A stretch of DNA of 51,200 bases from an uncultured bacterium (GTDB lineage Bacteria > Gemmatimonadota > Gemmatimonadetes > Gemmatimonadales > Gemmatimonadaceae). The notes under the pieces were generated by a model. It was given only the letters and a program-made list of their open reading frames with translations. It was not told the origin of the DNA and did not search any database. Location: assembly GCA_963978095.1 (NCBI GenBank), contig CAXBQP010000018.1, positions 1-51,200 of the forward strand, given 5' to 3'. The position numbers were made by a program, and so were the translations under genes. Shown here one piece after another: positions 19,935-29,281 of this stretch (the stretch's first letter is position 1; the number at the start of each line of letters is the position of its first letter).

Positions 19935-22214
19935 ATGGATTTCTCCACCCGGATTCTTGCGTTCAGCTACCTGCTGATCGCCTCCTCCGCATTCGCGCAG
20001 CAGACCACCGGCGCGGATAGCGCCACCAAACTCGGCAGCGTCACCGTCACGGCGACCGCCGACCAATCGATCACGCTGCCCCCCCTCAAGCTCGCCACAC
20101 TCCCAGCGAGCGCCAGCATCACCGCCCGCACGATCGATGCGACGGTGAACGTCATGGATGTCGAGGACGCGGTGAAATACCTGCCGAGTCTCTTTCTGCG
20201 GAAACGCAACAACGGCGACACCCAAGCCGTGATGGCGACGCGCGTCTGGGGGGTGAGTTCCAGCGCGCGCAGTCTGGTCTTTGCCGATGGCGTCCCGCTC
20301 ACGGCGCTCATCGCGAACAACAACACGATCGGCGCCCCGCGGTGGGGGTTGGTCGCGCCGACGGAAATCGCCCGTGTGGACATCATGTACGGCCCCTTCT
20401 CGGCGGCCTATGCCGGCAACTCGATGGGGGCGGTGCTCGAGATGACCACGCGCATGCCGACGAGGTTCGAAGGCACGGTGAGCCAGTCGACCGCACAGCA
20501 ATCGTTCGATCTCTACGGGACCAACCGGTGGTTCGGGACGTCGCAGAGTGCGCTCGCCGTTGGCGACCGGATCGGGCCGTTCTCGTTCTGGGTGAGCGGC
20601 AACTATCAGAACAGCCATGCGCAGCCCCTGACCTACGTGACCGCGGCCAGCGTCCCCGCGGGAACGACCGGCGGCTACAGTGAGCTGAACAAGTTGGGCA
20701 CCGCAGCCAATGTGCTCGGCGCGAGCGGCTTGCTCAACAGCCGCATGACGAATGCGAAGGTGAAGCTGGCCTACGACCTCACGCCGACCGTCCGCGCGTC
20801 GTACACGTACGGCACGTGGCGCAACGATGCGGACGCCGGCGTGTCATCGTACCTCCTGAAGGCGGGCGAGCCGACCTACGCCGCGGTCGCCGGCTTCGCG
20901 AGCGGCAACTATCAGCTCGTGCAGCAGCATGCCTCACACGCGCTCACCGTACGCTCCGACAGCAAAGGGGCGTGGAACTGGGAAGTGGCGGCGTCCACCT
21001 ACGCGATCGACAAGGACCAGCAACGTGCTCCGACCAGCGCGGCGGCGACGGGATTGACCTTCGGATCCGCCGGAAAAGTGGCGGTGCTCGATGGTACGGC
21101 GTGGACCACCCTTGATGCCAAAGCGCTCTGGCGCATCGGTGGCGCCACCCCGGTGCACGCGCTCAGCTTCGGTGTGCATCAGGATGCGTACGCGCTCACG
21201 AACCCGACGTACAACAGCGCCGAGTGGATGGCGGGTGCATTCGGCACGGTCGCGTCGGAGGGTGATGGCAAGACGCGGACACAGGCGCTCTGGCTGCAGG
21301 ATGCCTGGACGCTCGGCTCTCGCTTCACCCTTGTGTATGGCGGTCGCTACGAATGGTGGAAGGGTTTTGACGGCTACAACGTGAATGGTGCCGTGAAGGT
21401 CACGCAGCCCACCATCCGCGATACCCGATTCTCGCCCAAGGCGATCCTGACATGGGCGGCACGCGCGGACCTGACCGTGACCGCTTCGGTGGGGAAAGCG
21501 TATCGCTTCGCGACCGCCGGCGAGCTGTTCCAGCTCGTGACCACCGGTGCGACCTACACGGCGCCGAATCCCGATCTCAAGCCGGATGACGTGCTGGCGT
21601 CGGAACTGCGGATCGACCAGCGATTCGACAAGGCGCGGGTGCAGCTCGCGTTGTTCCAGGACGACGTCCATGATGCGATCATCGCGCAGTACCTGCCACT
21701 CGTGAGTGGTTCGAGCACCTTGTACTCGTATGTGTCGAATGTGGATCATGTGCGGGCGCGCGGTGTCGAGGTGACGATGAGCACGCAGGGGCTTGGCCTG
21801 CCGCGCCTCGATCTCGCCGGCAGCGTCACCTACGTGGATGCGCGCGTGCTGGCGCTGAGTGGTGCGGCGAATGCCGCGGCGACGCCCGGCGCTGCGGTGG
21901 GGAAGTTTCTCCCCAACATTCCGGATTGGCGAGCGAGCCTGCAAGCGACCTACCGCGCGACGGACCAGCTCGGCGTGTCGCTCGCCGGGCGATACAGCGG
22001 GACGATCTATACGACGCTCGACAATGCGGATGTGTACCCCAATACCTATCAAGGCTTCTCGGCGTGGTTCGTCGCGGATGCGAAGGCCACGTATCGTCTC
22101 GGGCGTGGCGTCGGGCTCTCGCTCGGCGTGGACAACCTGCTGAATCGCAAGTATTTCCTCTTTCATCCGTTCCCGCAGCGGACGTTCGTCGGGAGTGTGA
22201 CGTATGACTTCTAG
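19935..22214 (+). CDS. TonB-dependent outer-membrane receptor
   Basis: Signal peptide; TonB-box-like LGSVTVTA; plug motifs LVFADGVPL and IARVDIMYGPFSAAYAGNSMGAV; NPDLKP; GVDNLLNRKY; C-terminal Phe. Confidence 0.95.
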   Translation: MDFSTRILAFSYLLIASSAFAQQTTGADSATKLGSVTVTATADQSITLPPLKLATLPASASITARTIDATVNVMDVEDAVKYLPSLFLRKRNNGDTQAVMATRVWGVSSSARSLVFADGVPLTALIANNNTIGAPRWGLVAPTEIARVDIMYGPFSAAYAGNSMGAVLEMTTRMPTRFEGTVSQSTAQQSFDLYGTNRWFGTSQSALAVGDRIGPFSFWVSGNYQNSHAQPLTYVTAASVPAGTTGGYSELNKLGTAANVLGASGLLNSRMTNAKVKLAYDLTPTVRASYTYGTWRNDADAGVSSYLLKAGEPTYAAVAGFASGNYQLVQQHASHALTVRSDSKGAWNWEVAASTYAIDKDQQRAPTSAAATGLTFGSAGKVAVLDGTAWTTLDAKALWRIGGATPVHALSFGVHQDAYALTNPTYNSAEWMAGAFGTVASEGDGKTRTQALWLQDAWTLGSRFTLVYGGRYEWWKGFDGYNVNGAVKVTQPTIRDTRFSPKAILTWAARADLTVTASVGKAYRFATAGELFQLVTTGATYTAPNPDLKPDDVLASELRIDQRFDKARVQLALFQDDVHDAIIAQYLPLVSGSSTLYSYVSNVDHVRARGVEVTMSTQGLGLPRLDLAGSVTYVDARVLALSGAANAAATPGAAVGKFLPNIPDWRASLQATYRATDQLGVSLAGRYSGTIYTTLDNADVYPNTYQGFSAWFVADAKATYRLGRGVGLSLGVDNLLNRKYFLFHPFPQRTFVGSVTYDF

Positions 22215-23499
22215 CATGATGCGTGTGATGGTCTTGGCGGGGCTCGCTGCGGCGTCGCCATCGGTGCGTGTTCCGCTGAAGGCGCCACTTGCCGTCACCA
22301 CGTTGGCCGTGACCGGGCGATACAACGCGAACCCGTCGATCGCGGCGCGTGGCAACTTCGCTGCCATCGCCTGGTCGGGGACACTCGGCAGTACGACCGA
22401 CATCTATGTGGCCACGAGCCGAGATGGCGGCATGCGGTGGAGTGCGCCCGTGCAGGTGAATGCCGTTGCCGGCGACGCACGGGTGAGTGGGGAGCAGCCC
22501 CCGCGGGTGGTCCTGGTGGCCGGACGCGGTGCAACACCGGATGTCGTGGTGGTGTGGGGGAGCAAAGGCACCACCGGTTCACGCTTGTTGACTGCACGCT
22601 CGAGTGACGGCGGGAAGACGTTCAGCGCCAGTTCACTGGTTTCCGGTGCTGACGGTGAAGGGAATCGCGGTTGGGAGTCCGTTGCGGCGGATTCGGCCGG
22701 GCGGATGTACGTGCTGTGGTTGGATCACCGCGAAACGGTGATGCCATCGGCCATGCACCATCAGGATGGCACGACCACGCCGCCGGCTCCGGCGCCCAAA
22801 CTCGATCCCAACGAGAAGGCCAACAAGTCACAGCTCTTCTTCGGGTCCGTGGATGGGGGCGGTGGCGTGGCGGCGCGTGGCATCGTGCGCGGCGTGTGCT
22901 ATTGCTGCAAGACGTCGTTGGTGGCGGCCGGAGGCGCGATCTATGCGGTGTGGCGGCACGTATTTCCCGGGAACCAGCGGGATATCGGATTCGTCGCGTC
23001 GCGTGATGGCGGGAAGTCGTTCAGCCCGATCGTGCGCGTGAGCGAGGATCATTGGCAGTTCGACGGGTGCCCGGAGAACGGTCCTGCGATCGCGATCGAT
23101 GCACAGCAACGCGCGCATGTCCTCTGGGTGACGCCAGCTGATGGCAAGGACGGCTCGCCGCTCGCGCTGTATCACGCGTGGAGTCGTGACGGCAGGACCT
23201 TCACGGCGCGCACCGCGGTCCCGACGCGTGGGCCGGCGGCCCATGTGCAGGTCACCGCGGTCCCCGATGGATCGCTCGTGATCACGTGGGACGAGAATGT
23301 GAATGGCGCGCGTCACGTGGCGTTCGCGCGGGCGGAGGTGAGTGCCGCGGGGCGCGTGACATTTCGAGCGTTGCACGCCGGCGATGATGAGCCCGGGCGG
23401 GGATATCCCGTCGTGGCGTCGGCATCGGCGGGAGTGCTCGCGGCGTGGGTGCAGCAGACCGCGGGCGGCACGACGATCGGGGTCTCACGCGCACAGTGA
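22204..23499 (+). CDS. Asp-box (sialidase-like fold) periplasmic protein with CYCC and GCP motifs
   Basis: Four SxDGG..F/W-type boxes; VCYCCKT; WQFDGCPENGP; overlaps the receptor stop codon. Confidence 0.82.
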   Translation: MTSSMMRVMVLAGLAAASPSVRVPLKAPLAVTTLAVTGRYNANPSIAARGNFAAIAWSGTLGSTTDIYVATSRDGGMRWSAPVQVNAVAGDARVSGEQPPRVVLVAGRGATPDVVVVWGSKGTTGSRLLTARSSDGGKTFSASSLVSGADGEGNRGWESVAADSAGRMYVLWLDHRETVMPSAMHHQDGTTTPPAPAPKLDPNEKANKSQLFFGSVDGGGGVAARGIVRGVCYCCKTSLVAAGGAIYAVWRHVFPGNQRDIGFVASRDGGKSFSPIVRVSEDHWQFDGCPENGPAIAIDAQQRAHVLWVTPADGKDGSPLALYHAWSRDGRTFTARTAVPTRGPAAHVQVTAVPDGSLVITWDENVNGARHVAFARAEVSAAGRVTFRALHAGDDEPGRGYPVVASASAGVLAAWVQQTAGGTTIGVSRAQ

Positions 23500-23577
23500 T
23501 CGCCCGGGTTCAGCGCGGTGGCGTGCGCGCGCGGAATCCGCGGGACGCTGGCGCGCCTACCGGCCCTACCGGCAGTC

Positions 23578-24396
23578 CTACCGGCAGGCCGGGTCGTTCT
23601 TGGCGTTCGTCACCGCGCGGGGCGGGAGTGGCGCCTTCTCCACGAGGCGACGCAACTCGACGATCGGCTCCGGATTGTCGTCCACTTGCAGGCGCAACAC
23701 CACATCGTTGTGGAGCCAGACGCCGCCGCACTTCTTCACGATGAGCATCGCGGCAGATTGCTTGCCGCGTTTGTCGCCACCAGCGGCTTGGCCTGCCTCG
23801 ATGCCGGCGAGCAAGCGGAGCGCGAGGTGCCCTTTGGTGCGCAGGAACGCGGCCACCATGGAATCGGGGACCGCTTTGTCGGCGAGCGTGTTGCCCTGTG
23901 CGGTGACGTACGGCCCTTGTTTGTCGCCGGCTGCGGTGGGGGCCGTCGGGCCCGTGTACGCGGCGACATTGCCTTTGGCGTCGACCACGGCAAACTGCCG
24001 GCCCGTCTTGGCCCAACGCGCGGTGTCGGGGTCGGTGTCGTGGTCCCATACATATTTCACGACCTCGGCCGCTGACTTCCCTTGTTTGAGCAACGCCAGC
24101 GCTTGGGGGCCGTAGCTCACATCCACCACCGCTTGCGTGGCCACGACGCCAACGCCGGCTTCCGCGGACAGGACGCCGTTGCCCACGGAGAAGACGCGCG
24201 ATTGCACGGCGCCACCCCATTCCCCCGTCGCGGTATCGTAGGCGATGATCGAGAAGGTGCCGGTCTCCGGAAGCGCATCGCCTGTCTTCGAACGTGCGGC
24301 CCCACTCGGTGCGCAGCCGAGCATGACGGTCATCCCGGTGCTGACGGCGAGGAGCGCGAGGCGCGAGCGATGGGCGATGAGCGGCGTCATGGGCAT
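23578..24396 (-). CDS. DUF1028 Ntn-hydrolase-like protein, probable lipoprotein
   Basis: TFSIIAYD..TGEWG.AVQS, GVGVVATQA, QGNTL, AGGDKRGKQSAA and LQVDDNPEPIVELRRL; MLGC lipobox-like; TGATG overlap with the upstream gene. Confidence 0.9.
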   Translation of the reverse strand: MPMTPLIAHRSRLALLAVSTGMTVMLGCAPSGAARSKTGDALPETGTFSIIAYDTATGEWGGAVQSRVFSVGNGVLSAEAGVGVVATQAVVDVSYGPQALALLKQGKSAAEVVKYVWDHDTDPDTARWAKTGRQFAVVDAKGNVAAYTGPTAPTAAGDKQGPYVTAQGNTLADKAVPDSMVAAFLRTKGHLALRLLAGIEAGQAAGGDKRGKQSAAMLIVKKCGGVWLHNDVVLRLQVDDNPEPIVELRRLVEKAPLPPRAVTNAKNDPACR

Positions 24397-25253
24397 CAGT
24401 CGATGGGGATGTGTTTCTGGTGGCCGAGGACGGTTTCGGCGCGCGTGGAGCGGAAGATCGGGAAGAGGAATTGCGTGTACCAGCGCTCCGGGCCTTGGCG
24501 GATGTCGTCCTTGAGGCCGTAGGCAGGAGGATACTGCCGGGTGATGCGCGCAGTTCCGAACAGCACGTCCCAGATGAAGAGGAGATTGCCGTAGTTCCCC
24601 ATGTAATGGCCGACGCCATCGTCTTGGGTAAGCGCGTGGTGCGCGAAATGGGTGGCCGGCGTGGAGATCGTGCGTTCGAGGACCCATGCGATCGGACGCA
24701 AGGCGGTGTACCGGTAGAGCGGTCGATCCCAACGGATCGGGGAATGCGCGCCGATGATGACGGCGAGTTTCACGACGCTGTACCAGACGTAGGTCCATCC
24801 GAATCCCATGTACAGCAGGACACCGCTGAACCAGAGCCCGGGCATCAAGGCGTAGTAGAAGGCATTGTTCCGATAGACGACGCGGACGCTCATGTAGGCT
24901 GCCGAATGATGCGCACGGTGCAACGGCCACATGAATGACGTGTGCGACAGGCGATGCCACCAGTATTGCGTGAAATCGTCGGCGATCAGGAGCACGAGTA
25001 CCATCTGCCACCAGGGCCACGCCGCCCAGGCATCCCGCGCGCCCGGCATGAGCTGGACGCAGAGCGTCTTGGCGGCCAGCGTGACCAGCCCCATCACCAC
25101 GGGAAAGAGCACCGTGACCGCGGTATCGAGCCGATTGTCCTCCGCTGTGGCGTTGGACGGGAAGAATCGGCCGATCATCAGCTCGGCAAGGGCGAACCCG
25201 CCGTAGATGACCACGACGGCGAGCAGCTGCACGGATTGGAGGTCGAGCGACAT
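24396..25253 (-). CDS. Sterol desaturase/fatty-acid hydroxylase family membrane protein
   Basis: His boxes YWWHRLSH, LHRAHHS, GAHS and HFAHH; NYGNLLFIWDVLFGT. Confidence 0.92.
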   Translation of the reverse strand: MSLDLQSVQLLAVVVIYGGFALAELMIGRFFPSNATAEDNRLDTAVTVLFPVVMGLVTLAAKTLCVQLMPGARDAWAAWPWWQMVLVLLIADDFTQYWWHRLSHTSFMWPLHRAHHSAAYMSVRVVYRNNAFYYALMPGLWFSGVLLYMGFGWTYVWYSVVKLAVIIGAHSPIRWDRPLYRYTALRPIAWVLERTISTPATHFAHHALTQDDGVGHYMGNYGNLLFIWDVLFGTARITRQYPPAYGLKDDIRQGPERWYTQFLFPIFRSTRAETVLGHQKHIPID

Positions 25254-25365
25254 ATTCGTGCCGTGGGAAGGCGCGTGGTGCCAGCGGGGGAGGATCACCG
25301 TTCCCCCCAATAGTGCCGTGAGGGCGGTACCTCCGCCAGTCGTCGCGACCATGGCGCGGGCGCCT

Positions 25366-25394
25366 TTGACAGCGGATGGTTCCACGGCGAGTAT
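25366..25394 (+). promoter_or_regulatory. Putative sigma70 promoter TTGACA-N17-GAGTAT
   Basis: Perfect -35 and 17-nt spacer with a weak -10, about 50 nt upstream of ATG 25444. Confidence 0.4.
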
Positions 25395-25443
25395 CCATGG
25401 CAGAGCATCGTCCTGTTTTTCCGACGCACATCCCGGAGTTCCC

Positions 25444-26595
25444 ATGCGTGCAGCACTGTTCGTCTCTCTGATGGCCGCCACGTCGATCACCGTTGTCGCA
25501 GGTGCCCAGCAGTCGACCACTGATGGCCCCTACGCGGTGTTGAAACGCGCCAAAGTCGGTGGCGAGGGGAGCACCGACTACATCTATGCCGACGCGATCG
25601 GCCGTCGATTGTACATCCCGCGTGGTGGGATGCGTGCCGTGGCCGCCACCGATTCCACGCCGGCGCGGCCCGCGACGCTGGGCCGCATGTCGATCTATGA
25701 TCTCGACCAGCTCACGTTGCTGGGGGAAATCTCCGGCGTCGGCGGCAATGGCGCGGCGGTCGTGCAGGGTACCGGCCATGGATTCTCGAGCAGCAAGCCG
25801 GTGTCGATGTTCGATACCAAGTCGATGACGCTGATCAAGACCATCGATGTCGGCGCGGCGCAGCCTGATGGGATCCTGGCTGACGATCTGAACGGGCGGG
25901 TATACATCTTCAGTCATCCCACCAAGGACGCGGTGGTGATCGATGCCAAGGACGGCACCGTGATCGGCACCATTGATCTCGGCGGCGTTCCCGAGCAGGG
26001 AGTGCTCGACGGGAAGGGACTGCTCTATGTGGTGATGCAGGACGCCGCGGGGAGTGTGACGGTCGTCGACACCAAGACCATGAAAGCCACCGCGCATTAT
26101 CCGCTCGGCGACAAGGGCGGTTGCAACGGACTGGCGCTCGATGTGAAGAACAAGATCCTCTTCGCGGCCTGTGCGCGTTCCGGCGCGGCGGTCGCCCCCG
26201 GCGCTCCCGCACCGACGGCTCCGTCCGGCAACCCCGCCACGCCGATGATGGTGGTGCTGAGTGCGGTGGACGGCAAGATCCTCGCGAATCTTCCCCTCGC
26301 CGGTGGGTCCGATGGCGCGGCATTCAACCCCGCGACGATGGAGGCCCTCAGCACGCACGCCAACGGCACGATGACGGTGGTGAAGGAAGAGAGCCCGACG
26401 CGGTTCACGGTGGAGCAGAATCTCCAGACGATGCTCGGGGCGCGGACCTTGAGTTTCGATCCGAAGACCGGGCACATCTTCGCGATGAGTGTCGAGCGTG
26501 GTCCGGCGCCTCCCCCGCCGGCGGGCGGTGGGCGTGGGGGTCAGGCGCCGGCGATTCCCGGATCGTTCACGATTCTCGTGATCGGGAAGCCGTAG
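25444..26595 (+). CDS. YncE-family (YVTN-like) beta-propeller exported protein
   Basis: Signal peptide; DYIYAD..GRRLYIPR, QPDGI, IDLGGVPE, GLALD, GSDGAAF and GARTL; GGAG SD. Confidence 0.85.
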   Translation: MRAALFVSLMAATSITVVAGAQQSTTDGPYAVLKRAKVGGEGSTDYIYADAIGRRLYIPRGGMRAVAATDSTPARPATLGRMSIYDLDQLTLLGEISGVGGNGAAVVQGTGHGFSSSKPVSMFDTKSMTLIKTIDVGAAQPDGILADDLNGRVYIFSHPTKDAVVIDAKDGTVIGTIDLGGVPEQGVLDGKGLLYVVMQDAAGSVTVVDTKTMKATAHYPLGDKGGCNGLALDVKNKILFAACARSGAAVAPGAPAPTAPSGNPATPMMVVLSAVDGKILANLPLAGGSDGAAFNPATMEALSTHANGTMTVVKEESPTRFTVEQNLQTMLGARTLSFDPKTGHIFAMSVERGPAPPPPAGGGRGGQAPAIPGSFTILVIGKP

Positions 26596-26613
26596 CGTGA
26601 TCCGTGCGGACGA

Positions 26614-26838
26614 TCAGCGTTTGAAGAAGGCGTAATAGCACACGTACGCCCACGAGAAGAAGCCATGGATCACCGCCCAGGTGATCGAATGGTTGATCGA
26701 CCAGGAGATCGTGATCGCGAGGGCGCTGCCGAATCCGACGCCGGCCTTGGCGTAGTTCGTGGTCCGGCTCACGAACGAGACCCGGGGTCGTTGCTGCTGT
26801 TGTGCGCCATAGGTGTGGATGATCGGTTCTTCGTCCAT
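26614..26838 (-). CDS. Small conserved membrane protein
   Basis: GVGFGSALAITISWSINHSITWAVIHGFFSWAYVCYY resembles a widespread small hypothetical family; GAGG SD; 8 nt after the upstream stop. Confidence 0.75.
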   Translation of the reverse strand: MDEEPIIHTYGAQQQQRPRVSFVSRTTNYAKAGVGFGSALAITISWSINHSITWAVIHGFFSWAYVCYYAFFKR

Positions 26839-26846
26839 GGGAGGCC

Positions 26847-28103
26847 TCAGTTGTTCTTCTTGGCGAACGGCAGGCGCATCAGTGCGACGCGTCCGTTGCT
26901 GATGACGCCGATCACATCGGCCAGCGACCGGATGTCCTGCAGCGGGTTGCGCTCCACGACGATCAGGTCGGCTTCGAAGCCGACCTTCAGCTGTCCCGTA
27001 CGGTTCTGCAGGCCGAGAAGTTCCGCCGCGTCCAGGGTGCCGGCCTTGAGGGCTTCGAGCGGGGTCATGCCGAGGTCCACGAAGGCAGCGACCTCGCCGG
27101 AGATGCGGGAGAGACTTTCCGGTCCGTACTGGGTGTCGGCACCGGTGGCGATGCGGACCCCGAGGGCGTGCGCCTTGCGGACGGTTTCCGCGATCCGCGG
27201 CAGCATGTTGGCGCCGCGCACCCGGAGGACCGGATCATCGTAGTCGCCGCCTGGTTGTGAGAGATCGACGACGGTGACGTAGGTGGGCACGAACCAGGTG
27301 CCGCGTGCTTTCATGAGGGCGAGCGTGGAGTCGGAGAGATAGGTGCCATGCTCGATGCTCGTCACGCCGGCCTTCACCGCCGCGTAGGCGCCCTCGTCGC
27401 CGTGGGCATGTGCCATCACGGGCACGTGCTGTTTCGCCGCTTCGTCGACGACCCAGTGCAGTTGCTGCTCGGTGTAGGTCTGTTGGCGCGGATCGGTGTT
27501 GGGGAGTCCGGCGCGTTCGGTGCCGCGCGTCTTGATCACATCGACGCCGTGCGCGAGGTTGATGCGTACCACCTCGCGGAGCGCGGCTTCCGTGGTGACG
27601 CCGCCGGCGAGCGCGCCGAGTTTCGGATCGGCGAGGATCGTCTCGCCGAGGTCCGGGGTCACGAAGACGCCCGCGGCGACGACATCGGGGCCGGCGATCA
27701 CTCCCGCGCGCACCAGATCGCGCAGGGCGACATCCTCGTAGTGCGGCGTGCTGGCACTGCGCACCGTGGTGACGCCGGACTCGAGCGCGCGCTTGGCGTT
27801 GGCGAGCGTGGCGATGTGGGTGTGGGCATCAATGAGCCCCGGGAGCACAAAGCGCCCGCCGATGTCGATCAGCTGGGCGTTGGCGGGTGCCGGTGCGCCG
27901 GCGGCGAGGATCTCGGCGATCTTGCCATCGCGGAGGACGAGCGTCGCGTTCGTGGCAAAGGCGCCGCGGGCGGCGTCGATGAGGTTGGCGTGAATGAGCG
28001 CGATGGGGCGCGTCGGCGCCTGCGCGGACGCCGTGGACGATGCCAGTGCGCAGGCGAAGGTGCCCAACGCGCGGGCGGCGAGCGAGCGAAGGGAGCGGCT
28101 CAT
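26847..28103 (-). CDS. Amidohydrolase family (Xaa-Pro dipeptidase/imidazolonepropionase-like), exported
   Basis: LPGLIDAHTH, VIK, AHAHG, SIEHG, GAD and ADLIVVERNPL; signal peptide. Confidence 0.92.
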   Translation of the reverse strand: MSRSLRSLAARALGTFACALASSTASAQAPTRPIALIHANLIDAARGAFATNATLVLRDGKIAEILAAGAPAPANAQLIDIGGRFVLPGLIDAHTHIATLANAKRALESGVTTVRSASTPHYEDVALRDLVRAGVIAGPDVVAAGVFVTPDLGETILADPKLGALAGGVTTEAALREVVRINLAHGVDVIKTRGTERAGLPNTDPRQQTYTEQQLHWVVDEAAKQHVPVMAHAHGDEGAYAAVKAGVTSIEHGTYLSDSTLALMKARGTWFVPTYVTVVDLSQPGGDYDDPVLRVRGANMLPRIAETVRKAHALGVRIATGADTQYGPESLSRISGEVAAFVDLGMTPLEALKAGTLDAAELLGLQNRTGQLKVGFEADLIVVERNPLQDIRSLADVIGVISNGRVALMRLPFAKKNN

Positions 28104-28228
28104 CGTGGTCGGGTAGGTGGGTGTCGGAACGGCCACACGCGGGAAAGATGGGAGATTCCGAGGCGGATGCACAGCGGGGCACCCCGATTCGAGATGCCCC
28201 GCGGTGATTCGCGCGCGTGGTGCCGTGG

Positions 28229-28741
28229 TTACTTCGTGATCACGCCGCAGGCGATGCGGGCACCGGCGGCGCCGGCGGGATTGGTCTTGTAGTCGTCGCC
28301 GGCGGCGTGCAATACGATGGCCGTGCCGCCGCTCTTGAAGAGCGAGTTGGAACCCGCGCCCAGGGTCACGTCGCGCGCCATGACATCAAAGGTGAGCGCG
28401 CCGTCTGCGGGGACCTGCACGTTGGGCAGGTCGCCCGCGTGCATCCCCATGGGGTTTGCCATGCCGTGCTGCTTGCTGGCGGGGTTGAAGTGGCCACCAG
28501 CCGAGGTGAAGGGCGCGTCGCAGCTCCCGGTCTCGTGAATGTGGAACGCGTGCGGACCCGCCGGCATTCCGGTGAGGACAACGTGCACCAGCACGCCGTT
28601 CGGCGAATCCGTGAGCGAGGCCTGACCGACGACCACACCCTTGGCGTCCTTGAGTTCGGCTTTGGCCGTGGACGCATCCTGCGCGACAGCAGGCGAGGCG
28701 CACAGCACCAGTGCGAGCAACGCACATGACATCGACTTCAT
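28229..28741 (-). CDS. sodC: Cu/Zn superoxide dismutase, periplasmic
   Basis: HAFHIH, GGHFNP, KQHG, HAGDLPN, VLHAAGDD and ARIACGVI; signal peptide; AGGAG SD. Confidence 0.96.
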   Translation of the reverse strand: MKSMSCALLALVLCASPAVAQDASTAKAELKDAKGVVVGQASLTDSPNGVLVHVVLTGMPAGPHAFHIHETGSCDAPFTSAGGHFNPASKQHGMANPMGMHAGDLPNVQVPADGALTFDVMARDVTLGAGSNSLFKSGGTAIVLHAAGDDYKTNPAGAAGARIACGVITK

Positions 28742-28865
28742 GGGATCTCCTGGAACGAGGCGAGTCGTACGATGACGAGAAAGGTAGCAGACCAGATCGA
28801 TGGAACGTAACGGTTCTGATGGTTTCGTGCGCATCGTGGCGCAGTCGAACCGCGAAACAATTCCG

Positions 28866-29252
28866 TTACGGCACGTAGGCGATGCAGTCGATCTCCACGC
28901 GCAGTCCCTCACCTGGGAGTCCGGCGGCCTGGATGGTCGTTCGCGCGGGACGATGGCCCGCGAACACGCGCTCGTAGACACCGTTCATCTCCGAGAACTC
29001 CTTCATGTCGAGCAGGAACACGCCGCAGCGCAGGACGTACTGCAGGTCGGAACCTCCGGCTTGCAGGATCGTGCGCAGATTCGCGAGGCACTGTTCGGTC
29101 TGGGATGCGGCGTCGGGTCCGGCGAGCTTGCCGGTCGCCGGCACGGTGGCGCCCTGCCCGGAGACGAAGATCAGCCGCTCGAAGCCCATGCCCGGCGAAT
29201 AGGGTCCAACGGGCTTCGGGAGGTCGGCGCTGTGGATGGGACGATGACTCAT
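28866..29252 (-). CDS. RidA/YjgF/UK114 enamine-imine deaminase family
   Basis: PVGPYS, IFVSGQ, MNGVY, RPARTTI (catalytic Arg) and VEIDCIA. Confidence 0.92.
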   Translation of the reverse strand: MSHRPIHSADLPKPVGPYSPGMGFERLIFVSGQGATVPATGKLAGPDAASQTEQCLANLRTILQAGGSDLQYVLRCGVFLLDMKEFSEMNGVYERVFAGHRPARTTIQAAGLPGEGLRVEIDCIAYVP

Positions 29253-29281
29253 GGGGAATCCGGGGATGATGGTGGGGTGAA

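Noticed and set aside
23578..26475. 965-aa minus-strand ORF
   Set aside because: Only the last ~272 codons (DUF1028) are protein-like. The rest is an off-frame read through the desaturase gene and antisense to the YncE-like gene, typical of high-GC stop-codon scarcity.
28806..28870. Bona fide integron cassette array
   Set aside because: A single attC-like hairpin with non-canonical R/L box spacing, no second site and no intI.
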